A stretch of DNA of 64,000 nt from positions 1 to 64,000 of the IMG/VR virus record IMGVR_UViG_3300009678_001573; one strand, 5' to 3'. Under the pieces are notes generated by a model. The model had not been told where the DNA came from, made no database searches, and saw nothing but the letters and a program-made list of their open reading frames with translations. Both the position numbers and the translations under genes were made by a program. Numbering within the stretch: the first letter of the stretch is position 1; every line of letters starts with the position of its first letter. This DNA comes from a virus. Lineage: Duplodnaviria > Caudoviricetes. Shown here piece by piece: positions 41,589 through 52,592 of the stretch.

Positions 41589-41623
41589 AAATATACTAAT
41601 ATTTTTGCTTAAATTGAATGCTA
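41589..41623 (+). promoter_or_regulatory. Putative late promoter (TACTAATA core), copy 2
   Basis: AAATATACTAATATTTTTGCTTAAATTGAATGCTA, 33/35 identical to 1884..1918. Confidence 0.65.
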
Positions 41624-41650
41624 ATTCTATCTAAACGGAGTGAGTAATTA

Positions 41651-44314
41651 ATGGCTTCCATAGACGATACTTCGGTATATCCTGACGAGATCGACGGTTA
41701 TTCTACCTTACCGTTACGCAGAAATCTTGTCCATGAGATACGTGCCGAAGATCATAATAGGCTTCGTAATGCCATAGTTCGCATTCAGCAAGAGCTAGGC
41801 ACAAACCCATCAGGCTCATATTCCACAGTAGCAGCCCTCTTAAATAATGTGGCCGACGCGAAAGCACTGATAGATGCACATCTTATAGATACCACTGATG
41901 CCCATCCAGCAGTAGCCATCTCTATTACTGATTCTGGCGACAACTATGTTGCCACTAATGTAGAAGATGCTCTGTCCGAATTAGCTGCTATTTTACCAGT
42001 TGCTTTGGACGTTATAGGCGCTAATAATACCGATATACCAAATTCCGGTATTCCTGATTTTGTTGAACAAGAGGGTACCTTATTTTTGTTTAATACGGTC
42101 GGTGGCGGAAGTGATGTTGAAAAAACGCAACCAATTAATATAACTGGTATTCAAGTTATTGAAGTCGGCGAAGCTAACGGTGAGGGCTCAGGAGCTGAAT
42201 TAGTATTTAATCCAGTTGGCTCTAAGTTAACTTGGAAAGCGCCAGGAGATTCGGCTGGTGCAGAGGTTGATGTATCTAGTTTGGCTACCGGAGAAATAGT
42301 AACTTTAAGTTCTGGTGATACTTCTAAAAAAATAAGAATTGTTAGAACATCTGCTCCATTTAATATCATAGGATTGCCAACTGATATTTTTGATATCTAT
42401 AAACTTAAAGCCAAAACAGGAGCCTATTCATTAGATGGAACAGGCATCAAAGATACTAATTTTATAACTCGTACATCGGTTGGTAGCACAGGAACAAGTC
42501 GTAGTCAGTTTGTTATCAAGGGTACTGTGTTTCCGGCAGATAAAGGCACCCTAGTACTACAAAGAAAACTGAGAAGTAGTTCTCAGTTTTCCCCTTCAGC
42601 TGTGTTAGATCTTGCTGAAAATTTTGACGAAGACGCCCGAGCAGATGGGCAATTGGTATACACTCCGTCATTAGAAGACTTCGATACTATTATATTATAT
42701 GACAGGCATCCTGCCAGAAAAGATTATGAAACGCTAGCATTAGATGCAGATGGAAATCCAATTTATGAAAATTTCGATTTATCTGCAACATTTTCACCAT
42801 TTCAAATAGCAAAATATGTTATTCCTGTTTCTAATAATACCTTGATAGGTGGTGCATTAGAAGCGCCAATAGATATTTCTGCATCTGATGTTAATGATAA
42901 AGTATCTACCTATAGATTAGTTCATTATGGTCCCGGCGTTACTGACTTTAACGGAGAGCCTGATACATCTAATATATTTAGCATTAGTGATTCATTTAGT
43001 GATGCCGATGACGGTGACAATACAGTAAGAATGTCAAATGTCTTTTTGGACGACGATGCTACTAGGCCATCAATTAATGCATTGGTATTGCGCCCAGCAT
43101 TAGATGTAGAGGTATTAGAAAAAACCATATCAGGTATTCATTACTTTAATGGGGCAGATGATTTATTTGATATAGAAATGAAGTCCGATACTAATATATT
43201 TAAAAAATCTTATTTAAGAAATGATATATTAAGATTTACAACTGATGTCTTTACTTTTCCATCAGGAGATGGTTATGGTCAAAATGTTAGAGTAACTCAA
43301 CTACGTGATGATGGGTACGACCTATATTCTGATTCCAATCTCCCGGATTTTACAGATATCTCAAAAGATCATGCCTTTTACCTTGTCAATGTCACAATCA
43401 ATGATGGCAGAAGGCTATACATAGGTGAAAATAAATTTAGTGTGCGCAGTCATATTACTGGGACCATCTATGATCCATTCGGCCCAGGCGATGCCAACGA
43501 TGCATATGGTTTAATTACCAGTCAATTAAAAATATTATCAAACTCTTACAGTAGATATAGAGCAACTGATACAGAAGAATATTTCACAGACGAGAGCTAT
43601 AGAGTTGGCTCAAATGAAATATTTGATTTTGAGCTTGATAATGGGCAATTTACGCATGATTATGGATCAAATGGAGACGGCTATACCCTTAAAGCATGGG
43701 ATAGCGGGGTTGCATTAGATACCGTAGTGGATGTAAATTCAAGTACTGCTAACGGATTGCAATGTGGCGGAAAATTTGGTACTGGATCAGAACCCGATGA
43801 TACGGCAGATTTCGTGTTTCCTGGTTTAATTTACCCACAAGATGACTATTCTGCGACTGATATACGACCATTGCAATTTGGCTCCGTAGATTATAGTGCA
43901 TTCTCTGGTGATAGATACTATCAAAGATTATTTAGCCTTAACAAAACTACTAATGGTGGCAAATTACGCATAGTAAGCGCGGGAAGTTCTCTTATTTCAT
44001 TTAACGACATTGCAGCCTCTAATGCAAGTCGTTTTTGTAAGATAGAAGTTAAAATACCTGGAGTTGGGCCAAATAGTACTGAATGGTTAGATTTGGGCAA
44101 ATTCTTTATTACAGGTTTATTTGAAGACGGCGACGGCGCATTAATTCCACCAATTACCGGTGTCGAGGGTGATTTTACCATTCCATTTACATTTGGAGAA
44201 AGAAACACCGCAGATAGCGGAAATATGATTGCGGTGAAAGTAACATATTTCGGCTCACAGATAACTATCGCAAAAAAGAAAGTACTTTCGTTGTTACAAT
44301 TATTAGATCCATAA
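41651..44314 (+). CDS. Large virion structural protein (shared YP..(I/L)D N-terminal module)
   Basis: 887 aa. The N-terminus YPDEID...LP...HNRLRNAI..I...LG.NP.G is shared with 53558 and 56600; ATNVEDALSEL motif. Confidence 0.6.
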   Translation: MASIDDTSVYPDEIDGYSTLPLRRNLVHEIRAEDHNRLRNAIVRIQQELGTNPSGSYSTVAALLNNVADAKALIDAHLIDTTDAHPAVAISITDSGDNYVATNVEDALSELAAILPVALDVIGANNTDIPNSGIPDFVEQEGTLFLFNTVGGGSDVEKTQPINITGIQVIEVGEANGEGSGAELVFNPVGSKLTWKAPGDSAGAEVDVSSLATGEIVTLSSGDTSKKIRIVRTSAPFNIIGLPTDIFDIYKLKAKTGAYSLDGTGIKDTNFITRTSVGSTGTSRSQFVIKGTVFPADKGTLVLQRKLRSSSQFSPSAVLDLAENFDEDARADGQLVYTPSLEDFDTIILYDRHPARKDYETLALDADGNPIYENFDLSATFSPFQIAKYVIPVSNNTLIGGALEAPIDISASDVNDKVSTYRLVHYGPGVTDFNGEPDTSNIFSISDSFSDADDGDNTVRMSNVFLDDDATRPSINALVLRPALDVEVLEKTISGIHYFNGADDLFDIEMKSDTNIFKKSYLRNDILRFTTDVFTFPSGDGYGQNVRVTQLRDDGYDLYSDSNLPDFTDISKDHAFYLVNVTINDGRRLYIGENKFSVRSHITGTIYDPFGPGDANDAYGLITSQLKILSNSYSRYRATDTEEYFTDESYRVGSNEIFDFELDNGQFTHDYGSNGDGYTLKAWDSGVALDTVVDVNSSTANGLQCGGKFGTGSEPDDTADFVFPGLIYPQDDYSATDIRPLQFGSVDYSAFSGDRYYQRLFSLNKTTNGGKLRIVSAGSSLISFNDIAASNASRFCKIEVKIPGVGPNSTEWLDLGKFFITGLFEDGDGALIPPITGVEGDFTIPFTFGERNTADSGNMIAVKVTYFGSQITIAKKKVLSLLQLLDP

Positions 44315-44329
44315 TAAGAGGTTTATTAG

Positions 44330-47300
44330 ATGGCAAATTTTGAGGACAAAAACAAGGAACAATTAGCAGCCGCCGAGAGGTATTTGAGCGATAAGGCCAA
44401 TACTCTTGGCAAAGATGCTAATTTGATTTCAGAACCATTTGTTCGTAGTGATAAAGTACCACACAGCGATATTATGACCCAAACACCCTCTGCTAATGAA
44501 GGTCTACTTGCGCCCAATTATGATGATTATCCTACGGAAGGTGCAATAGGAACTAGATATCCTACTGTAAGATTACTTTCATATTTGCCATCAGGATTAA
44601 CTGGACCAAATTCTGTTCAGACCTTTATGGCTATCACTGGCGCACCAGCAACTAATAACCCAATTGATATAGAAAGTGTACGTCTCAAGCCGCTAATTTC
44701 GCCAAAATTTTCACAAGGTAAAGCTAATGCAGCCCACGGTGATCCTAACTTTAGGGGCTTTGAATTGGCCTTATATCCAGCTAAATCTACGGGTGGTATA
44801 GGATTTGCACTAGAAGCTGATACTACTAATGGCCCAATATCCATATTGGCTGATCCTGGCGCCGGCCCGCCAGCAGATATTGCGCCTGGAATGGGAAACG
44901 ATGGGTTTTGGACCGTAGATTATAATAATGGTATTGTAAGATTTAGTCGTGCACCACTTAATGGATCATCCGGAGTGATGAATCCAAATAATGTATATGG
45001 CAACATAGAAGGGGCCGAAGTATCTGATGCTTATGGCGCTATTACCATGTTTGCCACTTTCTATCACTATACAGGTGATTATGGAACTAGCTCTAACTTA
45101 GGTTTTGTAACAGTAGGCGATGGTTATGTAAGCGAAGGTATATTTAATGGTGTAGGACAAAATACCTTACAAGCCGCTATTGATTCAGTTGCTGCTCAGG
45201 GCGGAACAGTATTTGTTAAGCCGGGAAATTATACTTATGATGGATTTGCAGAAATTCCAGTTAATGTAAGTGTAATTGGTTTAAATGGCGTTGTAATAAC
45301 TAAAGCAGCAGAAGATCCGGCCTTTGTTATTACTGGAAGTAATTCTGTCTTAGATAATTTTCATATCACTTCTGTTGGCTCAAACGCAAAGCCAGTAATA
45401 CAGCTATCTACCGATGATCCAAATACTACTCTTGAAAATGTTGTTATAAAAAACATTAGATTAGATGTTGATGCAGATTCTTATGGTATTGGATTCTTGC
45501 CAGAGTATACCAATACTTTATACAAAAATATAACAATAGAGAAAAATATATTTTCTCCAATTAATGCCAGGGCCACTTATATAGGTCTTGTGTATCCAGA
45601 AACGGATGGATATGCATCTTTTGAAAAAATTAATATCTTCGATAATGATTTTGGAGGTGGCGGCTTTAATTCAGTAGCTATCCAATTTACAGGATCGCAG
45701 ATATCTAAATTTAATGATTGTGGTATTTTGAGAAACCATGCCTATACAAATTCATCAATTATATTAGGATCACCAACTGCTGTATTTGAGCATTTTACGA
45801 TTGCAGATAATAATATGGCATTTTCAGATTTAATGTTCCATGGACTTGAGCTTGCAGCATCGCATATATCAGATTCGCAATTTGGACGAGTTACCTTACA
45901 TCATGATGGAAATTTCTTTGGTGGTTTATTTGATATAAATATAGATAATAATATAATTCATGATCAATTCGATATGGGCGGTAGAATTTCTGCAGCATCT
46001 ATATCATCTAATACCATGTTGGAATCTACAACCAATATATATGGTAGCGCTTGGGTAAGAGAAGATTACCCATACTATGGTCAGCACTATGCTATTACCG
46101 AGGGTAATGGCACCTGGCTTGTAGTAGGCGGAGATGATGACGTATATGTTGGAGATACTTTTCTTGCCTCTACTGATAATGCCGATACTTGGCATCGTAG
46201 AAAATCATCTTCATTTATATCAAATTCCTCTATTACATTTCATAAAATACGAAGTATAGAGTATGGTAATAATATTTGGGTTGCTGGCACTGATGCTGGA
46301 ACAATCCGTGTTTCTTCGGATGCAAATAATTGGACGCACACATTCCAGTCTCCATGGGGTGTTTTTGGGGTAGTTTACGATGGTTATAGTATGTGGAATA
46401 CTGTCGGTGGATCTGGCGGTGCAGCTGGTGTAATTCATTGGTCAACAGATGCCATTAATTGGAATACCGCAAGCAATATACCCGCAGTTACTGTTAATGC
46501 CGTAGATTATGATGCATCTACCGGATTACGTGTCGCAGTCGGTGGCAGCGGTGGTACGGCAGGAATATTTACTTCAGATGACGGAATTAACTGGACTAAT
46601 AAAGTTTCTCCACTGGCTACAACTTTTAACGATGTAACTAGCAATGGCGTAGGATACTGGGCCGCCGTGGGTAATAGCGGCGGTGTCATCACATCTGACA
46701 ATGGTATAGATTGGGTCACTAGAACCACCGGAATAAGCAATGCCCTTCGTGGCGTTGCTTATGGTAATGGTATTTGGGTTGCAGTAGGTGCAGCGGGTTC
46801 AATAGTTACTTCTACAGATGGTATTACCTGGACCTATAATATTACTTTCCCATTCTTGGTGACTAGTGAGAATTTTAGAGGCATTCATTTTGAAAATGGT
46901 CAGTTTGTAATGGTCTCTGAAATAAACATATATACTTCTGTTGATGGTGCAACTTGGGCACGGGCAGAAAATAAATTTACTTGTAATGCTCCTATATATG
47001 ATGTAGAATATGATGGTAATGGTACTTGGGTTTCTGTAGGACATATAGAAACGCTTGGCGCACCATATATTGCGTATTCTAAAAATAACGGCAAAGATTG
47101 GACAAGATCTATTCTTCCCGGCGTAACATCAGCTGGCTCAGGATTACGTGGCGTAGATTATGGCAATGGTGTTTGGTTGGCCGCAGGAGATACTAATGTG
47201 TTGGGCACTCCGGGTGTAGCTACATCTACCGATGGTGTTACTTGGAACTGGCTTTCTGAGATAGGATTGCCTCCATTAGAAAAGATTCATTACGACGGCT

Positions 47301-50300
47301 ATAGTATGTGGACTGCTGTAGGCTCAAGCGGAGTAATTCGTAACTCTACCGATAATGGCGCAAGCTGGACCTCAGCAACATCAGGTGTAACATCTACATT
47401 AAGAGATATTCATTATGCAAACGGTTTAAGAGTTGCCGTCGGTGATATAGATATTGGTACTGGTGTAATACTAACATCTCCGGACGGTACAGTGTGGACC
47501 AGAAGAACAACAGGTCTTGCTGTTAATGTTAATGGCGTTACTTATTCACATGTTCATGGTTTATGGGTTGCTGGGACAAGCTCTGGTACTATTTTTACTT
47601 CAACAGACGGCGAAGTATGGACCAATACAGCAGATATAGGAGACCCAATCAATCATATAAAGGCAAATGATAATGGTGAATTTGTTGCCGTAGGTGCTGG
47701 TAACTCAGGCGGAAATAAGCCCGAAATATATTATTCTACAAATGGTATAACCTGGCAAACCAGATATGTGCCTCTACCATCACATAATGCTAAGTTATCT
47801 AGAATTAGTTATGGTGCAGGGAGATGGATGAGTGTAGGGTCACATGACACCACCGGTCCAGCTATAATTATGTCTTCGATGACACCTCAATTTGATTATA
47901 CATTAAACAATGTTGCTATAGAGGGCAATGAATTGCTTGCACTTAAGATGCCACTTGGTAGTACAAACAATTCTGTCAATATTAATGACAACGATTTGCA
48001 TCTAGAGTTAGAAATTGGCGGACAATTAAGTAAGAGTAATATAAATAATAATAGGGTTGGTTCATCAAAAGATCTTTCTCAGGGCGCCAGTGTGCGCTTT
48101 GGTGGCATGGATAGATGCAATGTAAGCAATAACGTATTTGAAGCAGATACATTTGCAACACTACTAGGAACTTCTGGTTTTGTTATTAGCGGTTCTACAT
48201 TCTCTAATAACAAAATTGTGCCTCAGCTCACCGAATCTTTAACAGCCAATATATCTTTGAACTTCCAGGATTCTATTTTCGAAGATAGTTATATTCAGGG
48301 TGCCTTTACTTTTGCAAGTCCAAGAGTAAATAGTGTTATCAGGGGAAATAGAATTACGGGTTCACTAACGCTAACAAGCGATTCGGATAATTGTCTGATA
48401 GCAGACAATATAATTACTGGAACTTTTAGCAGTGGTGACTTTGATAGCTCCCTATTTAATAATAACACAACGGCTGGAGCTACATTTGGGCTTATAGCCA
48501 ATTCAGCATTAAATGAAAATAGGATGTCATCCTGGGTTTCTGGGGCTGTTCTTTCTTGTATACTTGCTGATAACAAGATTTTCTCATCTTGGACTTCTGG
48601 AGAAATCTTTGACTCTATTTTATCAAGCAATACTATTCTTGGTTCATTTAGCCCAGGCTCAGCGAATGTCTCTAAGACGCAAATGCTGAATAATATAATT
48701 ACTGGAAATATGTTATGGACTGGGTCTGTATTTGATAGCATGTTTAGTAATAATACTTTGGGTAACGCCGCAGCCGGCGCAGGCTGGACTATTTCAAAGA
48801 CATTCGTAAATAATATTGTATCTGGAAATAGAATAGCTAGCTTTACAACCAATGATATTTTTGACCAGGTATTATACACAAATAATTATACAGAAAATTT
48901 CACTGGTAATAATTTAATACAGCGATCTGTTTTTTCAGACGGATACTATACTAACATATTTAATGTTCTAAATGCTTCAGGCGGAAATGATACGGCGGCT
49001 ATGAAAGACTGCACCATATCAGGTAATTGGTTCGGTGGTCAGCTTTTCATAAACTCTTCACATGCAACTGCTCTTACAGTAGATAATGTCAATATATCAA
49101 ATAATATAGTGCAAAGCTCAATAGATATAGCGCCGTCTTCTTCTGTAGTTGGTAATATAACTAAATTAGTTATTGCCTCCAACAGTGTAGTGTCTGCGAT
49201 TAATTTAGGAAATACTGGATTACCACCAAGCACAGTAAGTTGCACAGATGTTAGTGTAACGGACAATAAGGTTGGAGTAGCTGGCTCATCCGGTGATTTT
49301 GTAATCGGTGGCCAAATAGTAGATTCTAAAATTACAGGCAACTCTATAGGATTTACATTTACATTAGACTATGCAGATGGCGTAGACATTAGTTCTAATA
49401 CCTTGAGAAATGTCGTTACCGACTATATGACTAATTGTGTGTTCTCTGGAAATAAAGTATCTGGTACGGTTGCATTTGGAAATACTGGGTCATCTAGCAC
49501 AATAGATATAACGGCCATAACCAATAACGTGTTTGAAGATGATATTACCTTTGCCGAAACTTCTGGTGGATGCTATGCGGTAATACTTTCTAATAATACA
49601 AGCCAAGGCATATTTGTAATGTGCTCAGATTGGAACCGTTGTGTTATTTCTAATAACACAGTTGATGGATCCGGTGGTCTAGCGGCTATAGAAATTGGTA
49701 CGGCGGTCAATAATGGGGCCGTCACTGAAACGGTTATTGCAAATAATCAGGCAGAATTCGGATTCTTCTCTCACTCACAATTCGATGAAGTGGTATTTTG
49801 TGGCAACAGAATATCTTCATTTGAGATAGAAATAGATGCAGCTGCTAGTTTAAGTCGTTGTGCAGATCAAAGTGCCTTTATAGGCAATTGGATAGAAAAT
49901 GAAATGGTGTTTGATTTCAATCGCACAACGAGCTCTGCTGTTATCAATCAATGTACTATATCTAGCAACTCCATCGAGTTCAGTGGTATAGATATTAGCA
50001 CTCTTGGTGCTAATGCTATAGCCCTTTCTACCATTTCTAGCAATGCTTGCAACGGTGGACTAATCATAACCTCTACTAGCACTGGAGACACAGTTTCTAG
50101 ATGTAATATAAGTTCTAATTCATTCTTTGGTGCTATGACTATTAATCATACCGGAACTAGTGGTAGTGTATTATTTGATTCTGTCATAGGAAATAATAGC
50201 ATTACCTCTGGCAATATGGATCTTGGCCTCGGCGTCACCGGCACAGAAACTATTACTGTATTAAATGGATGCAGTGTAATAGGAAATAGAATATCAGGCG

Positions 50301-52183
50301 GAAATCTTAGTATATCTGTGAGTGGTAGAGACGAAACAACTGCCACAACAGTAAATTCTACTATTTCCGATAATTTTATGTCCGGAAACATGAATGTTTA
50401 TGGCGCCACCAATGAAACTTCAATTGTTGGCAATACATTTACTAGTTTAGCATTCCATATCCTTACAGAAACTCTCTTTTCTAATAATAATCTAGACGGT
50501 AACGTCACCTCACTGGTAGACGATGGTTATGGTATCTTGGCAGATTCGATATTTACAAACAATGTAGTGGCAGGGTCTATGACTCTCACTACAAATGCTG
50601 GAAGCTCAAGTACCAATCATCAAACTGTTATTGTTCGCTCTGGATTTACCAATAATGATATAGAAGGGCCGGTCAGATTCGTCGCTCAAACAACCAATCA
50701 ATATGCGTCAGCACTAGATCAGGCCCTGATTCAGGGAAATAGATTTGGTGGAGAAGTACAAATGCAGATACGAGGTAGTGGTACTGTATTAGCGCCCCTT
50801 GAAGATATTACAGTAATAAATAGCATGATAGATGATAATATATTTATGGGCGAATTGCGCATTCTTGTTCTCAAGGATGATGGTTTTGGACTTGATACTT
50901 TTCATACGTGTATTATGGCAGGCAGTACACTTAGAAATAATATAATAATGTCTAATGTTTGGATCACTAATATGGGAGGCTCGGTTTCAGCTTCAGCTAT
51001 AGATAATTGTATTATTTCTGGTAATATAATTGGAAATGAAACTACAAATCCAAACGTCGGCCCATTCACCTTCGGTAGCGCCAACTTATTTATAAATCAT
51101 AACTTAAATCCAGCTTCCCCAGGCACTGTTGTTACAGATTTAATTTTAACTGATAATAGAATATATGGAGATATAATAATAGGCAACAATGCTGGATTTT
51201 CCTTCACTAACGGAGATGTTTCCAATTCAATTATATCTAATAATAACTTGCTTCATTCGGATTCTAACTTTGGACGCATATCTATGGGAGATTTAAGTGT
51301 AGTAACTATATCAGGTAATGTTTTCAATAATTTAGATTTTGATACTTTTGCTCAAACTACAATAACAGGAAATGTTATATTTTCGAGTTTGTCCGCCACA
51401 AGTTCTGCAGGTGTTCAGCTTAATTCAATAACGGGCAATTATATATTTGATGTTGCCTTTAGCTCAGTGCCCACTGGTACTTGGTTTGTTGGCAATAGAT
51501 TCTCGGCTTTTGCCGCTTCTAGCTTCAGTTCCAATGTCATAATTGGAAACAGATTAGATACGGGAATAGATGGCGCATCATTATCCACATGTACTGTTAT
51601 AGGAAATATAATGGGGGCATTCCTTAATTTAACCTCAGTTAGTACTTCAACTATTATAGGCAATACTGCTACCAATTTTGCCATATCTAATAGTAGTGGT
51701 GCAACTATTTTAATGAATGATACTATAGTTATTGGTAATAGATTTTCCTCAGCATTTTCTATAACACATACTGCAACTGGAACTGGCGCAACAATGTCAG
51801 AATCACTTATAGCCTTAAATGTGTTTAATGGTACATTGACACTTGGGTCAACAGGTGCTTCTTTCGATCATGCATTTGTCAAATCCGGATTTATAGGTAA
51901 TTATGGTGCCGGTGGAATTACACTTAGAACCAACGTAGATACTAATCTAACAGGACTAATAATTGCCGGAAACGCCATGGCTGCCTTTACATATAGCAAT
52001 ACGGCTTTAACTAATCTAACATCTCCGTCTACAACGGGAAGCGTAGATTTCTATTTGGCATTTAACTTTTTTTCAAGCTTTACCAGAGTGACATTTACAG
52101 CAAATATTGCGTGGATTTCAAGCAATGTTAAGGCCCCAGGCGCCGCACCTACCGGCGGAGCTGGAACCAATGCATCTATATAA
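44330..52183 (+). CDS. Giant tailspike-like protein: beta-helix, BNR-like propeller repeats, long beta-helix
   Basis: 2617 aa. LQAAID...GGTVFVKPGNY cap; V.YGNG.WVAVG...I.TS.DG..W repeats at about 46050-47880; extensive I..N.I solenoid repeats. Confidence 0.75.
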   Translation: MANFEDKNKEQLAAAERYLSDKANTLGKDANLISEPFVRSDKVPHSDIMTQTPSANEGLLAPNYDDYPTEGAIGTRYPTVRLLSYLPSGLTGPNSVQTFMAITGAPATNNPIDIESVRLKPLISPKFSQGKANAAHGDPNFRGFELALYPAKSTGGIGFALEADTTNGPISILADPGAGPPADIAPGMGNDGFWTVDYNNGIVRFSRAPLNGSSGVMNPNNVYGNIEGAEVSDAYGAITMFATFYHYTGDYGTSSNLGFVTVGDGYVSEGIFNGVGQNTLQAAIDSVAAQGGTVFVKPGNYTYDGFAEIPVNVSVIGLNGVVITKAAEDPAFVITGSNSVLDNFHITSVGSNAKPVIQLSTDDPNTTLENVVIKNIRLDVDADSYGIGFLPEYTNTLYKNITIEKNIFSPINARATYIGLVYPETDGYASFEKINIFDNDFGGGGFNSVAIQFTGSQISKFNDCGILRNHAYTNSSIILGSPTAVFEHFTIADNNMAFSDLMFHGLELAASHISDSQFGRVTLHHDGNFFGGLFDINIDNNIIHDQFDMGGRISAASISSNTMLESTTNIYGSAWVREDYPYYGQHYAITEGNGTWLVVGGDDDVYVGDTFLASTDNADTWHRRKSSSFISNSSITFHKIRSIEYGNNIWVAGTDAGTIRVSSDANNWTHTFQSPWGVFGVVYDGYSMWNTVGGSGGAAGVIHWSTDAINWNTASNIPAVTVNAVDYDASTGLRVAVGGSGGTAGIFTSDDGINWTNKVSPLATTFNDVTSNGVGYWAAVGNSGGVITSDNGIDWVTRTTGISNALRGVAYGNGIWVAVGAAGSIVTSTDGITWTYNITFPFLVTSENFRGIHFENGQFVMVSEINIYTSVDGATWARAENKFTCNAPIYDVEYDGNGTWVSVGHIETLGAPYIAYSKNNGKDWTRSILPGVTSAGSGLRGVDYGNGVWLAAGDTNVLGTPGVATSTDGVTWNWLSEIGLPPLEKIHYDGYSMWTAVGSSGVIRNSTDNGASWTSATSGVTSTLRDIHYANGLRVAVGDIDIGTGVILTSPDGTVWTRRTTGLAVNVNGVTYSHVHGLWVAGTSSGTIFTSTDGEVWTNTADIGDPINHIKANDNGEFVAVGAGNSGGNKPEIYYSTNGITWQTRYVPLPSHNAKLSRISYGAGRWMSVGSHDTTGPAIIMSSMTPQFDYTLNNVAIEGNELLALKMPLGSTNNSVNINDNDLHLELEIGGQLSKSNINNNRVGSSKDLSQGASVRFGGMDRCNVSNNVFEADTFATLLGTSGFVISGSTFSNNKIVPQLTESLTANISLNFQDSIFEDSYIQGAFTFASPRVNSVIRGNRITGSLTLTSDSDNCLIADNIITGTFSSGDFDSSLFNNNTTAGATFGLIANSALNENRMSSWVSGAVLSCILADNKIFSSWTSGEIFDSILSSNTILGSFSPGSANVSKTQMLNNIITGNMLWTGSVFDSMFSNNTLGNAAAGAGWTISKTFVNNIVSGNRIASFTTNDIFDQVLYTNNYTENFTGNNLIQRSVFSDGYYTNIFNVLNASGGNDTAAMKDCTISGNWFGGQLFINSSHATALTVDNVNISNNIVQSSIDIAPSSSVVGNITKLVIASNSVVSAINLGNTGLPPSTVSCTDVSVTDNKVGVAGSSGDFVIGGQIVDSKITGNSIGFTFTLDYADGVDISSNTLRNVVTDYMTNCVFSGNKVSGTVAFGNTGSSSTIDITAITNNVFEDDITFAETSGGCYAVILSNNTSQGIFVMCSDWNRCVISNNTVDGSGGLAAIEIGTAVNNGAVTETVIANNQAEFGFFSHSQFDEVVFCGNRISSFEIEIDAAASLSRCADQSAFIGNWIENEMVFDFNRTTSSAVINQCTISSNSIEFSGIDISTLGANAIALSTISSNACNGGLIITSTSTGDTVSRCNISSNSFFGAMTINHTGTSGSVLFDSVIGNNSITSGNMDLGLGVTGTETITVLNGCSVIGNRISGGNLSISVSGRDETTATTVNSTISDNFMSGNMNVYGATNETSIVGNTFTSLAFHILTETLFSNNNLDGNVTSLVDDGYGILADSIFTNNVVAGSMTLTTNAGSSSTNHQTVIVRSGFTNNDIEGPVRFVAQTTNQYASALDQALIQGNRFGGEVQMQIRGSGTVLAPLEDITVINSMIDDNIFMGELRILVLKDDGFGLDTFHTCIMAGSTLRNNIIMSNVWITNMGGSVSASAIDNCIISGNIIGNETTNPNVGPFTFGSANLFINHNLNPASPGTVVTDLILTDNRIYGDIIIGNNAGFSFTNGDVSNSIISNNNLLHSDSNFGRISMGDLSVVTISGNVFNNLDFDTFAQTTITGNVIFSSLSATSSAGVQLNSITGNYIFDVAFSSVPTGTWFVGNRFSAFAASSFSSNVIIGNRLDTGIDGASLSTCTVIGNIMGAFLNLTSVSTSTIIGNTATNFAISNSSGATILMNDTIVIGNRFSSAFSITHTATGTGATMSESLIALNVFNGTLTLGSTGASFDHAFVKSGFIGNYGAGGITLRTNVDTNLTGLIIAGNAMAAFTYSNTALTNLTSPSTTGSVDFYLAFNFFSSFTRVTFTANIAWISSNVKAPGAAPTGGAGTNASI

Positions 52184-52208
52184 TAATTTATAATTAAGGA
52201 GAATTAAA

Positions 52209-52592
52209 ATGAAAGAATCAGAAATTTTTATGTTGTTAAATAAAATATTAAGCAAAGTAGAGCACATAGAGACTAAATTAGTGGTACTAGAAAGCAAACT
52301 TGGTGCCAATATACCCAAAGTTGAGAACACTAATACTATTAAAAAAAGGGGCGATATTCCGGATATTAAAAAAGAAATTGATAAAATAAGACAAGAGCAT
52401 TTTAATAACTTTAAGATACCCACTAGCCCTGATTTAACTGGCGTTCCTGGAATATCTGGTGGTATGGCCGGAGTGCCAGATTTGACCGGATTAACAACTA
52501 TGATAAAAGGTCTTCCATTTATAAAAAATGAGATAAAAGAAATCATTGATGCAGGTAATAAGGAAGTGAAAGATGAAGAACCTAATAAGTAA
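52209..52592 (+). CDS. Hypothetical protein
   Basis: 127 aa, SD AAGGAG, N-terminal heptads and an internal PDLTG duplication. Confidence 0.55.
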   Translation: MKESEIFMLLNKILSKVEHIETKLVVLESKLGANIPKVENTNTIKKRGDIPDIKKEIDKIRQEHFNNFKIPTSPDLTGVPGISGGMAGVPDLTGLTTMIKGLPFIKNEIKEIIDAGNKEVKDEEPNK

